A stretch of DNA of 64,000 bases from Alphaproteobacteria bacterium (GCA_964291395.2 OZ219856.1:512001-576000), one strand, 5' to 3'; counted from the first letter of the stretch, positions 17,945 to 28,788 are shown. Program-made: numbers and translations. Notes: generated by a model not told the origin, from the sequence alone.

Positions 17945-19329
17945 ATGGCACGGACATACGACGCGATCGTCATCGGCACGGGCCAGGCCGGTCCATCGTT
18001 GGCGGCAAAGCTGACCGGGGAGGGTCTGAAGACGGCCGTCGTCGAGCGCAAGCTGTTAGGCGGCACCTGCGTGAACGTCGGCTGCATTCCCACCAAGGCG
18101 CTGGTCGCGAGCGCCCGGGCCGCACACATGGCGCGGCGGAGTGAAGACTTCGGCGTCGTCATCGAGGGCCCCGTCGAGGTGGACATGAAGCGGGTCAAGG
18201 CCCGCAAGGACGCCGTCGTGCGACAATCGAGCGAGGGCGTGACCGCTTGGCTCAGGAACATGTCCGACTGCACGGTGTATGAAGGGCACGCGCGCTTCGA
18301 GGACTCGCGCACGGTGCGCGTGGACGGCGAGCGGCTGCAGGCCGGGAGGATCTTCATCAATACCGGCGCGCGCGCGTTCGTTCCCGACCTGCCCGGCCTG
18401 GACGGGATCGACTACCTGACCAATTCGTCGATGATGGATATCGATGCTCTTCCCGAACACCTGGTCATCGTCGGCGGCAGCTACATCGGGCTCGAGTTCG
18501 CGCAGATGTATCGCCGCTTCGGAAGCCGGGTCACGATCGTGGAGATGCAGGATCGGCTGATCGCCCGCGACGACGACGACGTGTCCGAGGCGGTACGGGA
18601 CATACTGCAGGCCGAGGGGATCGAGGTTCGGCTGCGCGCCGAATGCCTGGCGGTGAAGAAGCGGAACCGGCAGGTCTCCGTTCGGGTGGAATGCGACGAG
18701 GGAGCCCCCGAAGTGGTGGGCAGCCACCTGCTCCTTGCGGTGGGCCGCACGCCCAATACCGACGATCTCGGGCTCGAGAAGCCGGGATCGAGACCGACCC
18801 GCGCGGCTTCATCAAGGTCGACGACCGGCTGCGGACCAGCGTTCCGAACGTGTGGGCGCTCGGCGACGTCAACGGCCGGGGCGCGTTCACCCACACGTCC
18901 TTCAACGATTTCGAAATCGTCGCCGCCAACCTGTTCGACGACGATCGCCGTTCCGTGAACGACCGGATCACTGCCTACGGGCTCTACATCGATCCGCCGC
19001 TGGGACGGGCCGGACTGACGGAGCGCGAGGTACGGGCTTCGGGGCGGAAGGCGCTCATCGGCAAGATGGCGATGTCGCGGGTGGGGCGGGCACGCGAGCG
19101 CAGTGAGACCCAGGGGTTCATGAAGGTGCTGGTCGACGCGAAGACGGAAAGAATCCTGGGCGCCGCGATACTCGGCATCGGCGGCGACGAGGTCATTCAC
19201 TCGATCCTCGACATCATGTACGCGGACGCGCCGTACACGACCATTCAGCGGGCCGTGCACGTCCATCCCACCGTGACCGAGCTGGTTCCGACGATGCTGG
19301 GCAACCTGAAGCCGTTGGAGGGAGCATGA
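17945..19329 (+). CDS. FAD-dependent pyridine nucleotide-disulfide oxidoreductase (MerA-like family, not true MerA), -1 frameshift near 18781
   Basis: GTGQAG, GGTCVNVGCIPTK, GGSYIGLE; continues as WALGDVNG...HVHPT in another frame; adding one G restores LEKAGIETD. Confidence 0.85.
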
Positions 19330-19375
19330 CCGCTTCCGACGGGGGCGCTTCCCGGAAGCGGGGCGCCCCGCCGCC

Positions 19376-19410
19376 GTCTCGGCTAGTCTCGGCTAGTCTC
19401 GCCTAGTCAC
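19376..19410. repeat. short tandem repeat, 10-bp unit GTCTCGGCTA, about 3.5 copies
   Basis: gtctcggcta gtctcggcta gtctcgccta gtcac. Confidence 0.8.
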
Positions 19411-19508
19411 GCATCGCACGAGACGCGTGCGGCGGTTCTTGCGGCGGCGGAGTTCTCCACGCTACCGTTCGCGGCCTGGATCGATTGCGGCCGCAAGGGG
19501 GGACCGAG

Positions 19509-19901
19509 ATGGACGAACGCATGAAGACGCACGGCGACTTCGGGTGGTGCGACCTGATGACCGACGAGCCGGAGAAGGCGCGTGCGTTCTACACGGACGT
19601 CATCGGGTGGACCACGGAGGTGATGGATATCGGGAAGGGTCCGTACACGGTGCTCAAGACGGGCGAACGCCCGGTCGCCGGCATCATGGGCAAGCCGCCG
19701 GAGGCGTCGGGCGCGCCGACCGCGTGGACCGTCTACGTGACGGTCGACGACGTCGATGCGCGGGCGGCACGGGTCGAGGGCGCCGGCGGCGCGGTGATCG
19801 TCGCCCCGGTCGACATCCCCAGCGTCGGGCGCATGGCGGTCATACAGGATCCGACGGGCGGCGTGATCGGCATCGTCACCTACGCCGAACCGGGCGACTG
19901 A
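19509..19901 (+). CDS. VOC family (glyoxalase/bleomycin resistance-like) protein
   Basis: WCDLMT, FYTDVIGW, WTVYVTVDDVD, GRMAVIQDPTG. Confidence 0.9.
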   Translation: MDERMKTHGDFGWCDLMTDEPEKARAFYTDVIGWTTEVMDIGKGPYTVLKTGERPVAGIMGKPPEASGAPTAWTVYVTVDDVDARAARVEGAGGAVIVAPVDIPSVGRMAVIQDPTGGVIGIVTYAEPGD

Positions 19902-20121
19902 CCGCGGCGGACCGGGCGCGACGCCGGGCCGGCAGGGCGCAACACGATGACTTCGCGTATTTGCCGTTCACCCCTGTCGGGCATTCGGCGTCGCCGCGGA
20001 TCGTCCCGCAACCGTGGGGCCGGCGACAACATCCGACCTCGTGGCGTCGATGTGCCTTGCAGGCAGGGAATCGCCCGCCTACCCTTCGGTTCGATACACC
20101 ACGACTGAAGGAGATTCCGGC

Positions 20122-20952
20122 ATGACTCATCCTGCCATGGCGCCCGGCCGCGTGGCCGTCGTAACCGGTGCGGCGAACGGCATCGGCCTCGCTTCCGTCA
20201 AGCGCTATGCCGCGTTCGGCATGAAGGTCTGCATGGCGGACGTCGACGAGGACGCGCTGGCGGCCGCCGCCAAGGATGTCGCGGAGGTCGCCAAGGGCGG
20301 CGCCGGCGACGTGGCGACGGTCAGGACGGATGTCGGCCGCCGCGAGGACATCCTGGCGCTGAAGGAGGCCGCCTACGACCGCTTCGGCGAAGTCGCGGTG
20401 CTGATGAACAATGCGGCGACCCGCGCGCGCGCCGGGGCTCTCGACGGATACGGGGAATGGGTCGAGTCGATGAGCGTGAACCTCTGGGGCGTCGTCAACG
20501 GAACCCAGGCGTTCGTGCCGGCCATGATCGCGCAGAACACGCCATGCGTTGTCGTCAACACGAGTTCCAAGCAAGGCATCACGCTGCCGCCCGGCAACAC
20601 GCCCTACAACGTCACCAAGGCCGGAGTAAAGGCCTACACCGAGCTGCTGCAGCACGAGCTCCGCAACGTCGAGGGATGCCAGGTGACGGCCCACATGCTG
20701 GTGCCCGGCTGGACGACCCGCGGCGGCTTCCAGTACCAGAAGGGCCAGTGGTCGCCGGATCAGGTGGTGGACGTGATGATTCCCGCGATCGAGCGCGGCG
20801 AGTTCTACATCATCTGCCCGGACGACGACGTGACGCCCGAAATGGACCGCAAGCGGATTCTATGGGGGGCTGGAGACGTCGCGCACAACCGGCCGCCGCT
20901 CTCCCGTTGGCACGGGGACTACGACGAGGAGTTCGAACGGTTCGACGGATGA
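20122..20952 (+). CDS. SDR family oxidoreductase
   Basis: AAGGAG RBS; TGAANGIG, NNA, YNVTK. Confidence 0.9.
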   Translation: MTHPAMAPGRVAVVTGAANGIGLASVKRYAAFGMKVCMADVDEDALAAAAKDVAEVAKGGAGDVATVRTDVGRREDILALKEAAYDRFGEVAVLMNNAATRARAGALDGYGEWVESMSVNLWGVVNGTQAFVPAMIAQNTPCVVVNTSSKQGITLPPGNTPYNVTKAGVKAYTELLQHELRNVEGCQVTAHMLVPGWTTRGGFQYQKGQWSPDQVVDVMIPAIERGEFYIICPDDDVTPEMDRKRILWGAGDVAHNRPPLSRWHGDYDEEFERFDG

Positions 20953-21034
20953 CGTCCGCCTTCTCCGGGATGCGGTTCATCGGGGGTCGGACCTCAGGTC
21001 CCGCCGCACCCCGAATCGGGTCGGTGATTCCCGT

Positions 21035-21871
21035 CTAGTTCAGCAGGGGCGCGTACTCGTCGAGCTTCTTCAGCGCGTCGTCGCGCGCGACGGACGGCAT
21101 CTCCAGCAAGACGCGGGTCGCGCCCGCCGCTTCGTAGGCGTCGACCGTCTCCCTGGCGGGCTGGGGGCGGAATACCGTGACGGAGAGGGTCGACATGTCA
21201 CGGCCGGCTTCGTCGGCCACGGCCTTCAGCTTGGCCATCGTCTCCTCGGGGGCGCCGGCGGGGGCGGCCCGCGGCAGCCAGCCGTCGCAGAACTCCACGA
21301 CACGGCGAAGCGTGTGCACCGTCTCGCCGCCGAGGATGATCGGCGGATGCGGCGTCTGCACGGGCTTGGGATAGCACCATGACGGCTCGACGTTGACGTA
21401 GTCGCCGCGGAACGAGGCTTCCTCCTCGGTCCACATGGCCTTCATGGCGAGCAGGCGCTCGCGCAACAGTTTGAACCGTGTCTTGGGATCGGTGCCGTGA
21501 TTCTCCATCTCCTCGAGGTTCCAGCCGCCGCCGGCCCCGAAGATGAACCGGCCGCCGGACAGCATGTCGAGGCTGGCGATGGTGTTGGCGGTGACGATGG
21601 GATCACGCTGGATGACGAGGCAGATGCCCGTGCCGAGCTTCAGGTTCTTGGTGACGGACGCCGCGAAGGAGAGCGCCACGAAGGGGTCGTGCGTGCGGAT
21701 GTAATGCCGGGGCAGCTCGCCGCCGCCCGGAAAGGGCGATCTGCGGCTGGTCGGAATGTGCGTATGTTCGCAGAGGAACAAGGACTCGAAGCCGCGATTC
21801 TCGAGCTCCTGGGCGAGTTCCGGAACTTCGATCGCGTAGTCGGTGGGAAAGAAGAAAACACCTTTATGCAT
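21035..21871 (-). CDS. LLM-class oxidoreductase (putative F420-dependent, Rv2161c-like)
   Basis: 278 aa; GFESLFLCEHTHIP, DPFVAL, GWNLEEMENHG, PKPVQTPHPPI. Confidence 0.85.
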   Translation of the reverse strand: MHKGVFFFPTDYAIEVPELAQELENRGFESLFLCEHTHIPTSRRSPFPGGGELPRHYIRTHDPFVALSFAASVTKNLKLGTGICLVIQRDPIVTANTIASLDMLSGGRFIFGAGGGWNLEEMENHGTDPKTRFKLLRERLLAMKAMWTEEEASFRGDYVNVEPSWCYPKPVQTPHPPIILGGETVHTLRRVVEFCDGWLPRAAPAGAPEETMAKLKAVADEAGRDMSTLSVTVFRPQPARETVDAYEAAGATRVLLEMPSVARDDALKKLDEYAPLLN

Positions 21872-21984
21872 GCCTGATCCTCCAAGCGTTCAACAAGCCG
21901 GCGCACGTGCGTGCCGTGCCTTGGGCGCCATTAAATCGAGTGCGATGGGCGGAGTCCACGAACGGGCGATGCCGGAACGTGCGT

Positions 21985-22827
21985 CTAGTTCGGGCCGAAG
22001 AACGCGAAGGCCCGCACCTCGATGCTGACCCGGCCGGGGGCGCTGGGCGCGGACGTCGGGTCGTCGAACGACGCGTGGGCGGTGAAGCGAGAGCCGCTCT
22101 CCCTGTCCGAATCGTAGGTCTTGAAGACGAGAACCTCGTCGTCCGTCATCAAGGGGAAATAGACCCAGCGCTGCTCCGGATTGTGGACCAGCTGATAGGT
22201 CTCGCCGACGCGGTCCGGGCGCCGGCGCTCCATTTTCACGAGATCGCCGCTCTGGATGGTCCCGGCGTCGCAGATCGCCAGCGGCTGCGCTTCTACCGGG
22301 CTGCGGACGGGGCGCCAGACCTGAATGACCGCGAAGCGATACCGCAACAACTCGTCCGCCTCGTCGGGCAGTAGCTCGCGAACGCGTTGGGGGCCGGACC
22401 TGTTCGTGTAATCGTTGTGCGCGTTCCTGACGGTCTCGCGCATCCACTTGGCGTCGTCGGAATCTTCGTCGCCGGCGCGAAGCGTGTGGTCGAACAGATG
22501 CACGCGCTTCGCTCCGCTGACCGCCATCATCAGCCGCTCCATCTCCGGATAGTAGACGGCGCGAATCTCCTCGTGGTCGCGAAAATTCGTAACCGCCGTG
22601 GTGTGATTCATGAACCGGAAGCCATGCCGCTCGAGCGAGAAGGGCTCGGCGGACAGGCGTCCGTTGTGGATGGCCACTTCGCGGCGCACGAAGTCTCCCC
22701 CGCGGTATTCGATGCGGCCGTCCACGACGCTCGACGCGGCCACGGGTTTCTGATCGGCGTGGGCGAGATAGGTCAACTTCGCCCGAACGGAGCCCACCGG
22801 CTCCGGCGCGTGCTCGACTTGTGCCAT
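21985..22827 (-). CDS. CmcJ/NvfI family oxidoreductase
   Basis: YYPEME, FDHTLR, HNDYT, VWRP, PLAICD, FKTYDS, AHASF, SIEVR. Confidence 0.85.
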   Translation of the reverse strand: MAQVEHAPEPVGSVRAKLTYLAHADQKPVAASSVVDGRIEYRGGDFVRREVAIHNGRLSAEPFSLERHGFRFMNHTTAVTNFRDHEEIRAVYYPEMERLMMAVSGAKRVHLFDHTLRAGDEDSDDAKWMRETVRNAHNDYTNRSGPQRVRELLPDEADELLRYRFAVIQVWRPVRSPVEAQPLAICDAGTIQSGDLVKMERRRPDRVGETYQLVHNPEQRWVYFPLMTDDEVLVFKTYDSDRESGSRFTAHASFDDPTSAPSAPGRVSIEVRAFAFFGPN

Positions 22828-22967
22828 GGAGTCACCCTTCCGTTGACGGTGCGACCACTTAAGCGGGGAATCGGCGACTCCGCAACCGTCGGGGCGGTCG
22901 GGGTTGCCGCGCACGGGTCGTCGCGCCATGCTGGAGATGCCCGGCGCTCCCAACCGTGGGACTGATC

Positions 22968-23381
22968 ATGGAAGCCGTTTTGCAGAGTTTCCTGGCGGGG
23001 TTCCCCGTCCTTCTGATGCATTTTTTCGTGACCGTTGTCATGCTCGCCGCGGGCGTGGCGGTCTACGTCTGGATCACCCCGCACAAGGACCTGGCGCTCG
23101 TGAAGGAGGGGAACGTGGCGGCGGCGATCTCGCTGTCGGGTGCCGTTCTGGGTCTCGCCATCCCGCTCGCCATGTCGATGTCCGTGAGCGTGAACGTCGC
23201 CGACATCGTGATATGGGGTCTGTTGACCCTCGTCATTCAGCTTGTCGTCTTCCGCCTGACCGACCTCGTCCTGCGGGATCTGCCGGCGCGCATCGAGGCG
23301 GGCGAGGTGGCCGCGGCCCTGGTGCTCTCGGCGATCAAGCTGGCTGTCGCCGCAGTCACGGCCGCCGCCGTCTCCGGTTGA
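22968..23381 (+). CDS. DUF350 membrane protein
   Basis: ITPHKDLALVKEGNVAAA; four hydrophobic segments. Confidence 0.85.
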   Translation: MEAVLQSFLAGFPVLLMHFFVTVVMLAAGVAVYVWITPHKDLALVKEGNVAAAISLSGAVLGLAIPLAMSMSVSVNVADIVIWGLLTLVIQLVVFRLTDLVLRDLPARIEAGEVAAALVLSAIKLAVAAVTAAAVSG

Positions 23382-23399
23382 CGGCGGCGCGCCCGTTTC

Positions 23400-24254
23400 A
23401 TGAACCGCTTGCTGGATCGGCTCGCCTATCTGGCGGCGAGTCTCGCCCTCCTTTACGCGGGTACGTCCTACCTGCAGTTCCCCCATGGGGAAGATGCGCG
23501 CCGTCCCTCGGTGCGCGTCGCGGCACTCCCGCCCGCATCTCGCGCTCCCGCCGTGGCGCCGGGCACGCAGGTGGTCACGATCGAGGTTCCGGAGAAGCAG
23601 CCGTCGACCGGTACGGCCTTCGCCGTCGGAGGCGGCTGGTGGCTGACGGCGCGCCACGTCGCGGACGGTTGCGACGCCGTCGGCCTCGTCACCGGGGCCC
23701 GCCGGGCCGCCGCGGCCCAGCAGGTCGTTATCCATCCCAACGCCGACCTCGCCCTGTTGTCGCTGGACCTCGACCCGGAGCCCTTTCCCTTTCTGACCGC
23801 ATCGCTGCGGCGCGGTCAGGACGGCTTTGCGATCGGCTATCCCCAGGGGTCGCCGGGGGATGTCCACGCCCAGCTCATGGGGCGGGTGCGCCTGAAATCG
23901 GTGGGGCGGTACCGGACGGACGAGCCCATCCTCGCTTGGGCGGAACGCCGCCGTGTTCCGGATCACCTGCCCGCCCTCGGCGGACTCTCTGGGGGTCCGA
24001 TGTTCAACGAGAGGGGTGAGGTGATCGGAGTCATGGTCGCGGCGTCCGAGCGCCGGGGACGGGTGATGACGTCGGATCCCTCGTCCGTCCGGTGGTTGTT
24101 GGCGGAGGCCGGGCTCATGCCCGATCCCAGTGCGCGGACCACCGATCTCGCGGTCGGCAATTTCGTGGGGCGAGGCGATGATCTTCGTGAAGACTTGCGC
24201 GTGGCCAAGGTCATCTGCGACGTTCGGAGACCGTCTCGCCGCCGCTTTCTGTGA
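23400..24254 (+). CDS. trypsin-like serine protease (S1), membrane-anchored
   Basis: TARHV, DLAL, GLSGGP catalytic triad motifs; N-terminal hydrophobic segment. Confidence 0.85.
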   Translation: MNRLLDRLAYLAASLALLYAGTSYLQFPHGEDARRPSVRVAALPPASRAPAVAPGTQVVTIEVPEKQPSTGTAFAVGGGWWLTARHVADGCDAVGLVTGARRAAAAQQVVIHPNADLALLSLDLDPEPFPFLTASLRRGQDGFAIGYPQGSPGDVHAQLMGRVRLKSVGRYRTDEPILAWAERRRVPDHLPALGGLSGGPMFNERGEVIGVMVAASERRGRVMTSDPSSVRWLLAEAGLMPDPSARTTDLAVGNFVGRGDDLREDLRVAKVICDVRRPSRRRFL

Positions 24255-24360
24255 TGCCGGCTGTGGCCCCGGTGTTAAGCTGAAACGACGGCGGCCCCGG
24301 TCTTCCGAATCCGGGCCTTGATGTCCGCATGGTGATGGCGGACTTTCCTCATCCGGAGGG

Positions 24361-26040
24361 CTACCACCCCATGGCCCTGGCCGGCCGGCGGGGGTCGGCG
24401 CCGCCCGTCATCGCGCCCTGCTTCAGGTCCGCGCTGATGGCGGAGACGCCGCCGACGCCGATCGAGATGTCGCGCAGCCAGTCCACGTCGTGCCCCAGCG
24501 CCGCCAGGCGGTCCCCGGCGGCGCGGTCGATCCGGCTCTCGAGGGCGAGCCGGCCGGGATAAGCCGTATGGGGCTCGAACGAGTCGGGTTGGCTGTGCGT
24601 GCAAAGACGGGGCGCGTCGATTGCGGCCTGGATGTCCATCCCGAACACCACGTGATTGAGCAAGACCTGGAGCATACCTTGCGGCTGGGTGTCGCCTCCC
24701 GACGCCCCGAAGGGCATGGCGAATTCACCCCTCTTCAGCGCGATTGCCGGATTGGGGGTCAGACGCGGCCGCTTGCCGGGCGCGACGCAGCTCGCGTGTC
24801 CGGGAACGGCGAACGATTGCGAGCCTCGGGCGGACGGGGTGAACCCGAGGCCAGGCACCATCGGGGCGTCCCAGCTCGTGTCGCTCGGCGTCGCCGAGAA
24901 GACATTGCCGTCGCCGTCGATGACCGCGGCGTAGGAGGTGTCCGCCGCATGAACCGGCGTCGGCGCGTCCCGGGTAGCGGCGGGTGCCGCCCAGCGGTCC
25001 GGGCCGCCGTTCACGGAGCCCGCGGGCGGAAGCTCCGTCCAGGCTTCGTCGGAGCGGATGAGCTTTCGCCGCTCCGCGGCATAGTCCGAATCGAGCAGGG
25101 CCCCGATCGGAACGTCGACGAACCGGGGGTCCCCGTAATGGCGTTCGCGGTCCGCGAATGCGAGCTTGATCGCCTCGGCGACGGCGTGAATGTACTCGGG
25201 CGTGTTGTGACCGAGTGTTTCCAGGTCGATTCCCTCAAGCAGGGAGAGCGCCTGGGGTACGACGGGACCCTGGCACCAGGGTCCGCAGGAATAGATATCA
25301 ATGCCGCGGTAGCGGTAGGCGACGGGCGGTTCGACGGCCGAGGCATACCCCGCCAGGTCGCCGGCCGTCAGCCAGCCGCCGTTCTCGCGCTGGAAGGCCA
25401 CCATCATCTGGGCGATATCGCCCTTGTAGAAGGCGTCTCGCGCGGCCGCCAGGCCGGATTCACGCCCGCCCTTCGCCGCCGCGTGTTCCTCATCGGCCAT
25501 GTACTGAAGCGTGGCGGCGAGGTCGCGCTGCACGAGCAGATCACCGACTTCCGGAATCCGCCCGTCGGGAAGGAAACATTCGGCGTTGCCGGGCCAGTTC
25601 CGGATCCGTTCCGCATGGCGTTCGATATAGATCTTCATGTGTCGGTGCAGGGCAATTCCTTCCCGGGCACAGCGGATCGCATGTCGCGCGGCGTCACCGA
25701 AACTCATGGTGCCGTAGCGCGAGAGGGCCTGGATGTACGCGTCGGGCGCCGCGGGCACGACCGTCCGCCGCACGCCGATGGGAATTTCACCCCCGCACTC
25801 ATTCACGAAGTAGTCGAGCGAGGCCGCCTTGGGCCACCAGCCGAGCCCGCTGATCGTCAGCACTTCGTCCATTTCCGCGAGGTAGACCATGATAGGCGCG
25901 ACGCCGCCGAACTGGACCTGGTCCGACTGCACGACGCCGAGGGTGATGCAAGCCGAGACACCGGCGTCTACGGCGTTGCCGCCGCCCTGGAGGATGTCGA
26001 TAGCGGCTTCGGTGGCCAGGTAATGGCCGGTGGACGCCAT
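24361..26040 (-). CDS. ggt: gamma-glutamyltransferase family protein (start uncertain)
   Basis: GGNAVDAG, AFADRE, DTS nucleophile, PGKRP, GGADPRR; homology appears to extend upstream of the ATG at 26040. Confidence 0.88.
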   Translation of the reverse strand: MASTGHYLATEAAIDILQGGGNAVDAGVSACITLGVVQSDQVQFGGVAPIMVYLAEMDEVLTISGLGWWPKAASLDYFVNECGGEIPIGVRRTVVPAAPDAYIQALSRYGTMSFGDAARHAIRCAREGIALHRHMKIYIERHAERIRNWPGNAECFLPDGRIPEVGDLLVQRDLAATLQYMADEEHAAAKGGRESGLAAARDAFYKGDIAQMMVAFQRENGGWLTAGDLAGYASAVEPPVAYRYRGIDIYSCGPWCQGPVVPQALSLLEGIDLETLGHNTPEYIHAVAEAIKLAFADRERHYGDPRFVDVPIGALLDSDYAAERRKLIRSDEAWTELPPAGSVNGGPDRWAAPAATRDAPTPVHAADTSYAAVIDGDGNVFSATPSDTSWDAPMVPGLGFTPSARGSQSFAVPGHASCVAPGKRPRLTPNPAIALKRGEFAMPFGASGGDTQPQGMLQVLLNHVVFGMDIQAAIDAPRLCTHSQPDSFEPHTAYPGRLALESRIDRAAGDRLAALGHDVDWLRDISIGVGGVSAISADLKQGAMTGGADPRRPARAMGW

Positions 26041-26110
26041 GTAGCGCCGGCCGATGGCGGCCGGCTGAAGCGAGGGTGGCGGAACGGACTCCCCTTCGTA
26101 GCTGGGATGC

Positions 26111-27430
26111 TTAGTCGCCACCGCCTGCCTGCCGGCGTTGAATAGCCGGATCCTCGCCGGGCACGAAAATGGCGCCGTCGCGCGTGCGGTCTGTGTACAT
26201 GCCTTCGATCGACCTGGCACTTGCTTCCTTCGACTCCCGCTGCCTGGGCAGGGCGGTAACGAGGGGAAGATCCTCCGCGTCGGGCATGGCCAGCCAATCT
26301 TTCCGGGCGAGAGCGGCCTCGATGTAGGGCGCGAGTTCCGCCCGTTTCCGTTCTTCCCGATCGGCCGTGCGTTCCTTGAACTCCGGCATCACCTCCGCCG
26401 CGAAGATCTCCAGCGACTGGCAGATGTGATCGTGGCGGTTTTTTCCGCCCTGCTGAATGAAGATGATCTGGTCCATGCCCGTATCTTCATATCGCCGGAG
26501 ATGGTTCCGGAGGTCATCCGGCGTGCCGATGCAGCCGCGGCCCTTGTCCTGTTCGATGCTCCCGCGGACTCGTTCGTACTTTTCCCAGACCCCGGTATGG
26601 CCCGGGCGATGATCGCCGAAGACGTAGTAGTGGCCGATGCCGTAGCCGAAGAAGCGGAAACCGTCGAGGCCCCGGGCCTCCGCTTCAGCGGCATCCGAAT
26701 GGCAGGAGAACCCCGAAATGATGGCGATGTTGGCGTTCACCGTGTGGCCCACGGGGACACATCGGTCCGACTTGATGATGTCGTAGTATTCCTTGACCCA
26801 CGGCGCCGCCTGTTCGGGCTCGAAGAACCCGAACGCCAGCGCGCCGATGCCCATCTCGGCCGCGCGCTGGATGCTTTCCCGCCGCGAGCAGGCCATCCAC
26901 ATCGGCGGGTGGGGTTTTTGCACCGGTTTGGGTACCACGTTGCGGCAGGGGGCCGAGAAGAATCTTCCGTCGTAGCCGGGGTAGGGGGACATGGCTGCCA
27001 TGTTGGCGGCCTGTTCCGTCGCCTCGAACCACATGTCCTTCTTCAGGTCGGGGTCGACGCCAAAGCCGCCGGTCTCGATCGCAGAATTCGACTCGCCGGT
27101 TCCCCATTCCGCGCGGCCGCCGGAGACGAGGTCCAGCGTGGCGATCCGCTCGGCGGCGCGGAACGGGTGGTTGTAACCGGGCGGCATGAGCATGATGCCG
27201 TGGCCGAGACGGATGTTGGCGGTGCGTTGGGAGCAGGCGGCCAGGAACACCTCCGGCGCGGACCCATGGGCGTATTCCTCGAGGAAGTGATGCTCGACTG
27301 CCCAGACCGCGTCGATGCCGAGCTGATCTGCGAGCTCGACCTGATCCAGCGACTCCTGGAACAGGCGGAGCTCGGAGTCCTCGTTCCAGGGACGGGGGAG
27401 CTGGTGTTCGTAGAAGATTCCGAATTTCAT
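26111..27430 (-). CDS. LLM-class flavin-dependent oxidoreductase
   Basis: MKFGIFYEHQLPRPW, WAVEHHFLEEY, PKPVQKPHPP. Confidence 0.9.
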   Translation of the reverse strand: MKFGIFYEHQLPRPWNEDSELRLFQESLDQVELADQLGIDAVWAVEHHFLEEYAHGSAPEVFLAACSQRTANIRLGHGIMLMPPGYNHPFRAAERIATLDLVSGGRAEWGTGESNSAIETGGFGVDPDLKKDMWFEATEQAANMAAMSPYPGYDGRFFSAPCRNVVPKPVQKPHPPMWMACSRRESIQRAAEMGIGALAFGFFEPEQAAPWVKEYYDIIKSDRCVPVGHTVNANIAIISGFSCHSDAAEAEARGLDGFRFFGYGIGHYYVFGDHRPGHTGVWEKYERVRGSIEQDKGRGCIGTPDDLRNHLRRYEDTGMDQIIFIQQGGKNRHDHICQSLEIFAAEVMPEFKERTADREERKRAELAPYIEAALARKDWLAMPDAEDLPLVTALPRQRESKEASARSIEGMYTDRTRDGAIFVPGEDPAIQRRQAGGGD

Positions 27431-27632
27431 GCCAGAGTCCGGTGGGAAGGCCACGTCGACGCGGGACTCCCCTACCATACCCGCTCATCGCCACCAAGGG
27501 CGGGGCGTTTGCGTCCTCCTTCCCGCGGCGCTGCCAAGGCGCCCGCGGGCGTCGGTCCTTCGAATGCCCGACGCACCGGTCAAATCATTTCAAACCGCCT
27601 GTCCACCCCAAGGGGCGCACTCCATTTCCGGG

Positions 27633-28043
27633 TCAGTGCTTGTGCGCGCCGTGCCCAACCATCCCGCCAAATTGGAGCTTCTTTACCAGACGATCCCGGC
27701 TCGGCTTGGTGAAGTCGAGCTTCAGCGCCCACTCCCCCGTCATTTCGAGCTCGATGCGAGCCCGGTACATCCCTGGCATCCCGTGCGGCTCGGCAGGCAC
27801 CGGGTGGACGTTGTGGACGCCGGGCATGGACGGCATGTCGGCGCCGACCGTGAACTCGGCATCGACGACCGGCGTACCGCTCTTCTTGCCCTTCAGCGTG
27901 ATCATGCAGTCGTAGACCAACGCCTGCTGCTCGACCGGCGTGCATTCCACCGCGGCCGCGCTTCGCTCATTCGCATTTGCGAGCATCGGCAGCAGCCCCA
28001 GTACGGTGACGACGAACACTGCGGATAGACGGATATTCATCAT
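27633..28043 (-). CDS. secreted FixH/YtkA-like protein (possible metal binding)
   Basis: Signal peptide; ADMPSMPGVH, GMY, MTGEWAL; His-rich tail. Confidence 0.75.
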   Translation of the reverse strand: MMNIRLSAVFVVTVLGLLPMLANANERSAAAVECTPVEQQALVYDCMITLKGKKSGTPVVDAEFTVGADMPSMPGVHNVHPVPAEPHGMPGMYRARIELEMTGEWALKLDFTKPSRDRLVKKLQFGGMVGHGAHKH

Positions 28044-28056
28044 GATTGCACTTCCG

Positions 28057-28788
28057 TCAGGCCGGAACGAATGATGCGGGCGAGGAAATGCCCAGGTAGT
28101 TGGACACGAGCCGTTCGTCGGCTATCAACTCAGCCGCGGGTCCCTGGAGAGTGATTCGCCCGCTTTCAAGCACGTAGGCCCGATCGGCGAGCGCCAAGGT
28201 GCGCCTGACGTTCTGCTCCACCAGGAGCACGGTGAGCCCCTGGTCGCGCAGTCGACTGATCAGCGCGAACACGTCCGCCGACAGTTTGGGCGATAGGCCG
28301 AGCGAAGGCTCGTCCAGCAGCAACAGCCGGGGCTCGGACTCGATTCCGCGGGCGAGCGCCAGCATCTGCGCTTCGCCGCCGCTCAGGCTGGCTGCCGGCC
28401 GATCCAGCTTGTCGGCGAGGGCGGGAAACAGGCGGCGCAGGTTAGGTCGCGCGCGTCGTCGAAGCACGAACCCGCCGTGTTGGTGGGCAGCGGCGCTGAG
28501 ATTTTCCTCCACGCTCAAGGTCCCGAAGATCAACCGTCCTTCCGGAACCTGGACGATGCCGCGAGCGACGACCGCGTGCGGGGGCAAGCCGCCGACCGAC
28601 GCTCCTTCGAACCGGATCTCGCCGGTGTCCGGCGACACGATGCCCGAGATGGCATTGAGAATCGAAGTCTTGCCGGCGCCATTCATGCCGATGATGGAAA
28701 CGATCTCCCCCGGCCGCACCTCCAGAGACACCCCGTCGACCGCGCGCAGACCGTCGTAGGAGACCACCAGCCCGCGTACCTCAAGCAT
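28057..28788 (-). CDS. livF: branched-chain amino acid-type ABC ATPase (LivF-like), set 2
   Basis: GMNGAGKT, LSGGEAQ, LLLDEPSLG, VEQN. Confidence 0.88.
   Translation of the reverse strand: MLEVRGLVVSYDGLRAVDGVSLEVRPGEIVSIIGMNGAGKTSILNAISGIVSPDTGEIRFEGASVGGLPPHAVVARGIVQVPEGRLIFGTLSVEENLSAAAHQHGGFVLRRRARPNLRRLFPALADKLDRPAASLSGGEAQMLALARGIESEPRLLLLDEPSLGLSPKLSADVFALISRLRDQGLTVLLVEQNVRRTLALADRAYVLESGRITLQGPAAELIADERLVSNYLGISSPASFVPA

Noticed and set aside
17945-19329. Mercury resistance (merA)
   Set aside because: No C-terminal Cys-Cys pair, no N-terminal HMA domain and no mer operon genes.
19376-19410. CRISPR-like array
   Set aside because: 10-bp adjacent units with no spacers and no cas genes.
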